51,491 nt of DNA. Source: Caecitellus pseudoparvulus. Taxonomy: Eukaryota; Protista; Bigyra: Bicosoecida. Below are positions 47,401 through 51,491 of the stretch, piece after piece. The DNA lies in assembly GCA_965644315.1 (NCBI GenBank), contig CBFFRQ010000033.1, positions 1 to 51,491 of the forward strand, read 5' to 3'. Position 1 is the first letter of the stretch, and each line of letters begins with the position of its first letter. The notes under the pieces are model-generated. The model did not search any database and was not told the origin of the DNA. It saw only the letters and a list, made by a program, of their open reading frames with translations. A program made the translations under genes and the position numbers.

Positions 47401-49113
47401 GGGCTGGATGCCGCCGCCAAGGGGGCACGGAGCAGGGAGAAGTACGTTGCAAACTCTGGGAACTTCTCAGGGCACATGGCCAGAAAACTTCGACGAAAGA
47501 AGTCATTGCGAACTTCGCCTGGTAAGGGTTCCCAAGTGGACCCAGCACACGCACGCAGACTGAAGCCCTCTGACACTTCGAGCGCACAGCCAGCTCTCTG
47601 CAAGCACCCCAACCGCCGGACGCAACAAACGAAACCATCGTCGGTGACAAGCAAGAACATGGTGAGGAAGTTTTCAACACGCGCACCAGTTGCATCCAGG
47701 CCGGCTGAAGGCAGCCTTGATGCGATCGGACTGGACACGCTGTACGTGGCTCGAGAGGGAGCGGATGCCGTGTCCACGAAGCAAGTCTTCCGCGTTTGGC
47801 TTGGGGACAACCCTGAACACACCATCATCGTAGACTCCAAGGGCTTCATAATGGACAGAGTGGTGAGAGTGCCCCCCAAGCCAGTGTTCCTGCTCGTGGA
47901 TGACTTCCTTCCTTTGGCAGTCCAGCGCCTTGCGAAGGCGGCAACGAAACACTTGGCACTCTTGCGCAGCCTGCGAGAGGCTGAGAGCGGGGACTGTCTG
48001 GCACAGATGATAAGCCTGGTATTATGGAGCGCCTTCCCAGAGGATGCGGAGCGGCGTGCAGGTGCCTTTTGGTGCCCGGATGTCCTTACAGGTCTCGGCC
48101 AGCCCTCAGCGGCGGCCTCCGTCACAACCATTCGAGGAGACATCGTCCGGGCATTTGATGCGCAGGGCTGGGACTGCGTGTACGTTGTACTGGGGAATGA
48201 GTCGCAGCCACTGCTTGCTCAGTGCTTCCCTGACGGCCGTTTTGACCCAGCCAGAGACCATGTGGACCACAGCCGCCTTGCACACGTGCCCAAGGCCGAA
48301 TGGACTGAGGCGGTGACGCACATGGTTGGGGACCTTGGCAGGCTTTGGAGAGAGAGGGCTCTGCAAGGCATTCCTAAGTCGTTGTGGTACATCCATGAGA
48401 CGAGGGAGAGGTCAGTTGTCCACCCGCCTGTCCCGTTCCAGCCCAAGTTCCAAGAGGGGGACTCCATCCTCGCACGGGCATTCATCCCACCCGGCCAAGG
48501 GGAGGACGGAGAGTCCATGGACTGGGGATGGACGAATGGGTCCGATGGCTGGTACCCTGGGCGTGTGTCACAGGTGCGAGCCGACGGCACATACTCCATC
48601 ACCTTTGACGATGGCGACAGCCACGGCAGAGTGCCTGCCAAGTCTGTGCAGGTGCCACAGAGGTCGGAGAAAAGGCTGGGCGGGACAAAGAGACAGCGGG
48701 AAAGATCGGCTGCAAGTCTGGCAAGGTCTGGGGCAGCTTGTGTTGCAGAGGATGACGAGGATGACGGCAGTGAAGTGCAGGATGGGGATGTGCTCAGCCT
48801 CATGGAGCAGCCGCAGTGGTACCTCATGGTCAACACCCGTGCGCACACGCGGGCGTACTTCTATGACCCACGTGATGGGAAAACTGTATGTGGGAGGTTC
48901 CAGGAAGGGTCCAAGGTCATTGAAGCGGAGTACATGAAGCTGGACGGCGGCGAGTTGCTGGACCTGGTCACGAAGTGCGAGCCAGTGAATCCCCAACATC
49001 TGACAGGCGACATCGAGGAAGACCGAGCAGACTTGCTCATATCAAAGTCAACCTTTTTGGCCCGCAAGAGCGAGTACCACATTATTTCCAGAGGAAAACG
49101 CCGGAAGACCTGA
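44401..49113 (+). mobile_element. Mutator-like (MULE) DDE transposase ORF with FAR1/WRKY-type Zn finger, SWIM finger and C-terminal Tudor-like domain
   Basis: FAC...CPFRIRV...HHNH; VYEDDTGGTDKF..KLF...GIPVAF (D1); KMMDK (D2); FLCHFH (CxxH); TTNYVESMWNMLK (E); CDC......CKH (SWIM); FQEGDSILAR...WYPGRVSQVRADGTYSITFDDGD (Tudor). No TIRs found by eye. Confidence 0.88.
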
Positions 49114-50336
49114 GAGTAGAAGGAGCTGGGTGCCCTGCGGGCGAGCTCCAGGGAGCATTGCAGGCCCACTTCGCAGTGGTGTGCAAGTCAGAGTGGTTCT
49201 TTCCGGCATTGACTTTCGTTTTGAGGAACCATAGCCCCCCTGGGTGGAGAAGGGAGGAAGCATCGCACAAGATTTGCGAAAGGGGACATATGGCGAGAAG
49301 CCAGGTCGAGCTGGACGTCCACGAGGTCAGCGGAGAAGCTGTGGAGACGCAACAGCCTATGCTAGACCTGCGATAGGTCTTCGGGTTTTCCCTTACCATG
49401 AAAATCACCAGGGCTTGCGCAAGGATGGGCGGCAATCCGGGTACGCGGGAGACAGGAGAAGCCAGCCCGCACCAAGAAGTCGCCGACACGGATTACGCAA
49501 TGCACAGGGCTTTTCACCCACGCAGACTACGCAGGTAGTGTTGCATGCATACTGATCGAGCCCCCGTACACTGTCCTGTTGGGGATTACTGGCAGAAGCC
49601 GATGATAGAGCTCCGAAGCTCAGTGGAGTTTCATGAAACTCTGCCCAGATGGAGTTGCACCTCTGCGGCAGGCCCTGTTGAGGTTCCAGGCATATTTTCG
49701 ACCGAACCAAATTCAACTTTCACTCATAACGTAACAGAGCAAAATTCAAGCTCTGGGAAGCCTGCGTAGTCACGCTAGGCTGGCCTTGTGTCACTGCACC
49801 TGCGCTGACACCACCCACCCTTGGGACGTTGCTTTCAAGGAGCCACTACGAACACTTGCGGACGCAAAGCCCCGTAAGGCAGCGCCCAGATATAAATTTG
49901 TGACATAAAGTGTGAATCCTGTTGTATTTGATAGGGCGGAAGGTTTGCGACCCCTCGTAAGAGCTCTGCTTCAGCACCAGGCACCTCTCAGGCAGTCCCA
50001 GTGTTTCCGGGGGGGGACAGAAGCAACGCACATACCTTGCCGAAGTGCAACAGACATGAGCAGCCTAGTGGAGTTGGACAATTTCCTGGGGCCACATTCC
50101 AGGGATCCTCGCAGTCGCTTGGAGAGTAGGCGGCCGCCAGCGGGCGAGCGCAGACTTCAAGCATGGCAATGCACATTGAATTCATTTGAAACTTGTTGCA
50201 TGGTCACCCTTGCATGGCTCATGCTGTGTGTCTACCTTGAGCTACTTGCTGAGCTGTCTTGCTCTGCCTCGCGGCCACCTTGCGCTGCGCTGGCCAGCAC
50301 AGATCTCAGGTCAGCGATGCAACCTGAGGGGGGACA

Positions 50337-50358
50337 ATACATACATTAATGTATGTAT
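50337..50358. repeat. Perfect 22-bp palindrome ATACATACATTAATGTATGTAT
   Basis: Equals its own reverse complement. Confidence 0.98.
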
Positions 50359-50820
50359 GAGCGATATGTCTCAACTGCTGCCGCAGTTTGCGACTAAAAA
50401 CAGATATATTTATATATAGTTTTCTTAGATAAAATCTATAAATACCATTCTTAGATATATTTATAATAGATATATAACACTTATTAAACACTACCCCTAC
50501 AAAAACAATCCCTTATAAACCCTTGATACCATTTTTATACTACTATTTACTACTATTTTATAAGTGTTATCTTAAGGGTTATCACTACAATAAATAGAAA
50601 TAATATAAAAAATATAATAAATATATATATATATTTTTTTTAAATCTCTTCTTAACACTTCATCAACAATCAATCAAAATAAAATTGAAGCAATCAAGCA
50701 TCCATCCAATCTACCTATTCCAGAAACAATCAAAGGAGACGAAAAGCCAAAATAAAAAGATTCATTCAATATCACTTATTCATATATAATATAACCCTAA
50801 ATTTAATATAACCCTTATCA

Positions 50821-50860
50821 CTTAATCCCTTAATCCCTTAATCCCTTAATCCCTTAACCC
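50821..50860. repeat. Tandem 8-mer (CTTAATCC)4 plus degenerate copies
   Basis: Four exact copies at 50821-50852, then CTTAACCC and TGAATCC. Confidence 0.95.
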
Positions 50861-50962
50861 TGAATCCTACAAAGTGCGTGGAGTGTGTGCGAATATATAA
50901 TAAAAAACATTCTCTCACATTTTAAAAGGGTTTTAAGATAATTATTTATATTAATATATATA

Positions 50963-51491
50963 ATGTATATAATGAATTTTAACTTATATCAAAATATATT
51001 ACATTGTAAAAATATAGAAGATGATATTTTATTAACTTGTTGTGAAAATATAGAATGCGTAAGAAATAAATTTATTCAAGCTACGAGATTTAGAGGGGCT
51101 GATAATTCAAAAATTACAATTGAAGATATTAAGAATATTAAAAAATCAGGATTAACCATTGATTTAATAAAAAAATTTGATGATGGTAATTTAAATTTTA
51201 CAGTATTACATAAATTTAAAAAGTTTAGTATTGATTGGATTTTTAAATATCCAGAAAAAGAATGGAGCATTGAAGGAATAGAAAATGACAAAGAGTTTTT
51301 TTATGATTTAATAGAAATATTTGAAAATTTTAAATGGTCTTCTAATACATTAAAAGAATATATCAAAATATTAAAATGTAAAGAAAAACACAAAAGAAAA
51401 TATAAAAATGTATTAGATGAATTAATAATGGTTGTTTATCATCCTGATAATGCTGAAAGATTAGGAATATTTAATAATATATCAAAAGAGG
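50963..51491 (+). CDS. Virus-like hypothetical protein, 3'-truncated by the window (>=176 aa)
   Basis: Absent from the ORF track. My translation has no stop: MYIMNFNLYQNILHCKN...FSIDWIFKYPEKEWSIEGI...FENFKWS...YKNVLDELIMVVYHPDNAERLGIFNNISKE. Confidence 0.85.
   Translation, partial: MYIMNFNLYQNILHCKNIEDDILLTCCENIECVRNKFIQATRFRGADNSKITIEDIKNIKKSGLTIDLIKKFDDGNLNFTVLHKFKKFSIDWIFKYPEKEWSIEGIENDKEFFYDLIEIFENFKWSSNTLKEYIKILKCKEKHKRKYKNVLDELIMVVYHPDNAERLGIFNNISKE

Larger units (their letters stand above)
50328..51491. mobile_element. Left end of an AT-rich integrated viral element (virophage / Polinton-like / giant-virus-derived); continues beyond the window
   Basis: GC drops abruptly to ~20% (10 G+C in the 60 nt at 50401-50460). 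A ~630-nt repeat-rich non-coding leader looks TIR-like and is followed by an intronless K/I/N/E-rich ORF. The exact junction (50328-50400) is inferred, and no hallmark viral gene lies within the window. Confidence 0.7.

Noticed and set aside
49114-50327. Short ORFs downstream of the transposase
   Set aside because: They have no motifs and overlap inconsistently on both strands; treated as non-coding or decayed.
50821-50860. True chromosome telomere
   Set aside because: There are only 4-5 units, located internally and followed by an ORF.
51076-51291. 71-aa minus-strand ORF in the AT-rich region
   Set aside because: It is the antisense shadow of the longer open plus-strand ORF starting at 50963.

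Overview
This is GC-rich (roughly 65%) nuclear DNA of a microbial eukaryote with compact genes and short GT-AG introns of about 60-120 nt. The style fits a heterotrophic stramenopile such as a bicosoecid, but that is inference. From left to right: (1) a 5'-truncated paralog of the 3' part of a giant surface-protein gene, running off the window; (2) an intronless P-loop NTPase fused to an Mrr-like PD-(D/E)xK nuclease; (3) a ~5,100-codon secreted C-type lectin / Gly-rich / Cys-rich / FN3-like repeat gene whose last ~570 bp carry a frameshift and a stop; (4) a housekeeping block of SEC13, a copine/RGLG-like vWA protein, two DHHC palmitoyltransferases, sphingosine-1-phosphate lyase, a large IQ-repeat coiled-coil protein, orphans, an HCNGP-like gene and YIF1; (5) a lower-GC region where a degenerate RecQ-like pseudo-helicase is in frame with a Mutator (MULE) DDE transposase carrying SWIM and Tudor domains, separated by one TAA that sits inside a plausible 60-nt intron; (6) from ~50.33-50.40 kb, an abrupt switch to ~20% GC DNA with terminal palindromes, short tandem repeats and a virus-like ORF, read as the left end of an integrated virophage/Polinton-like or giant-virus element. 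All domain calls come from motif recognition by eye; no database search was run.
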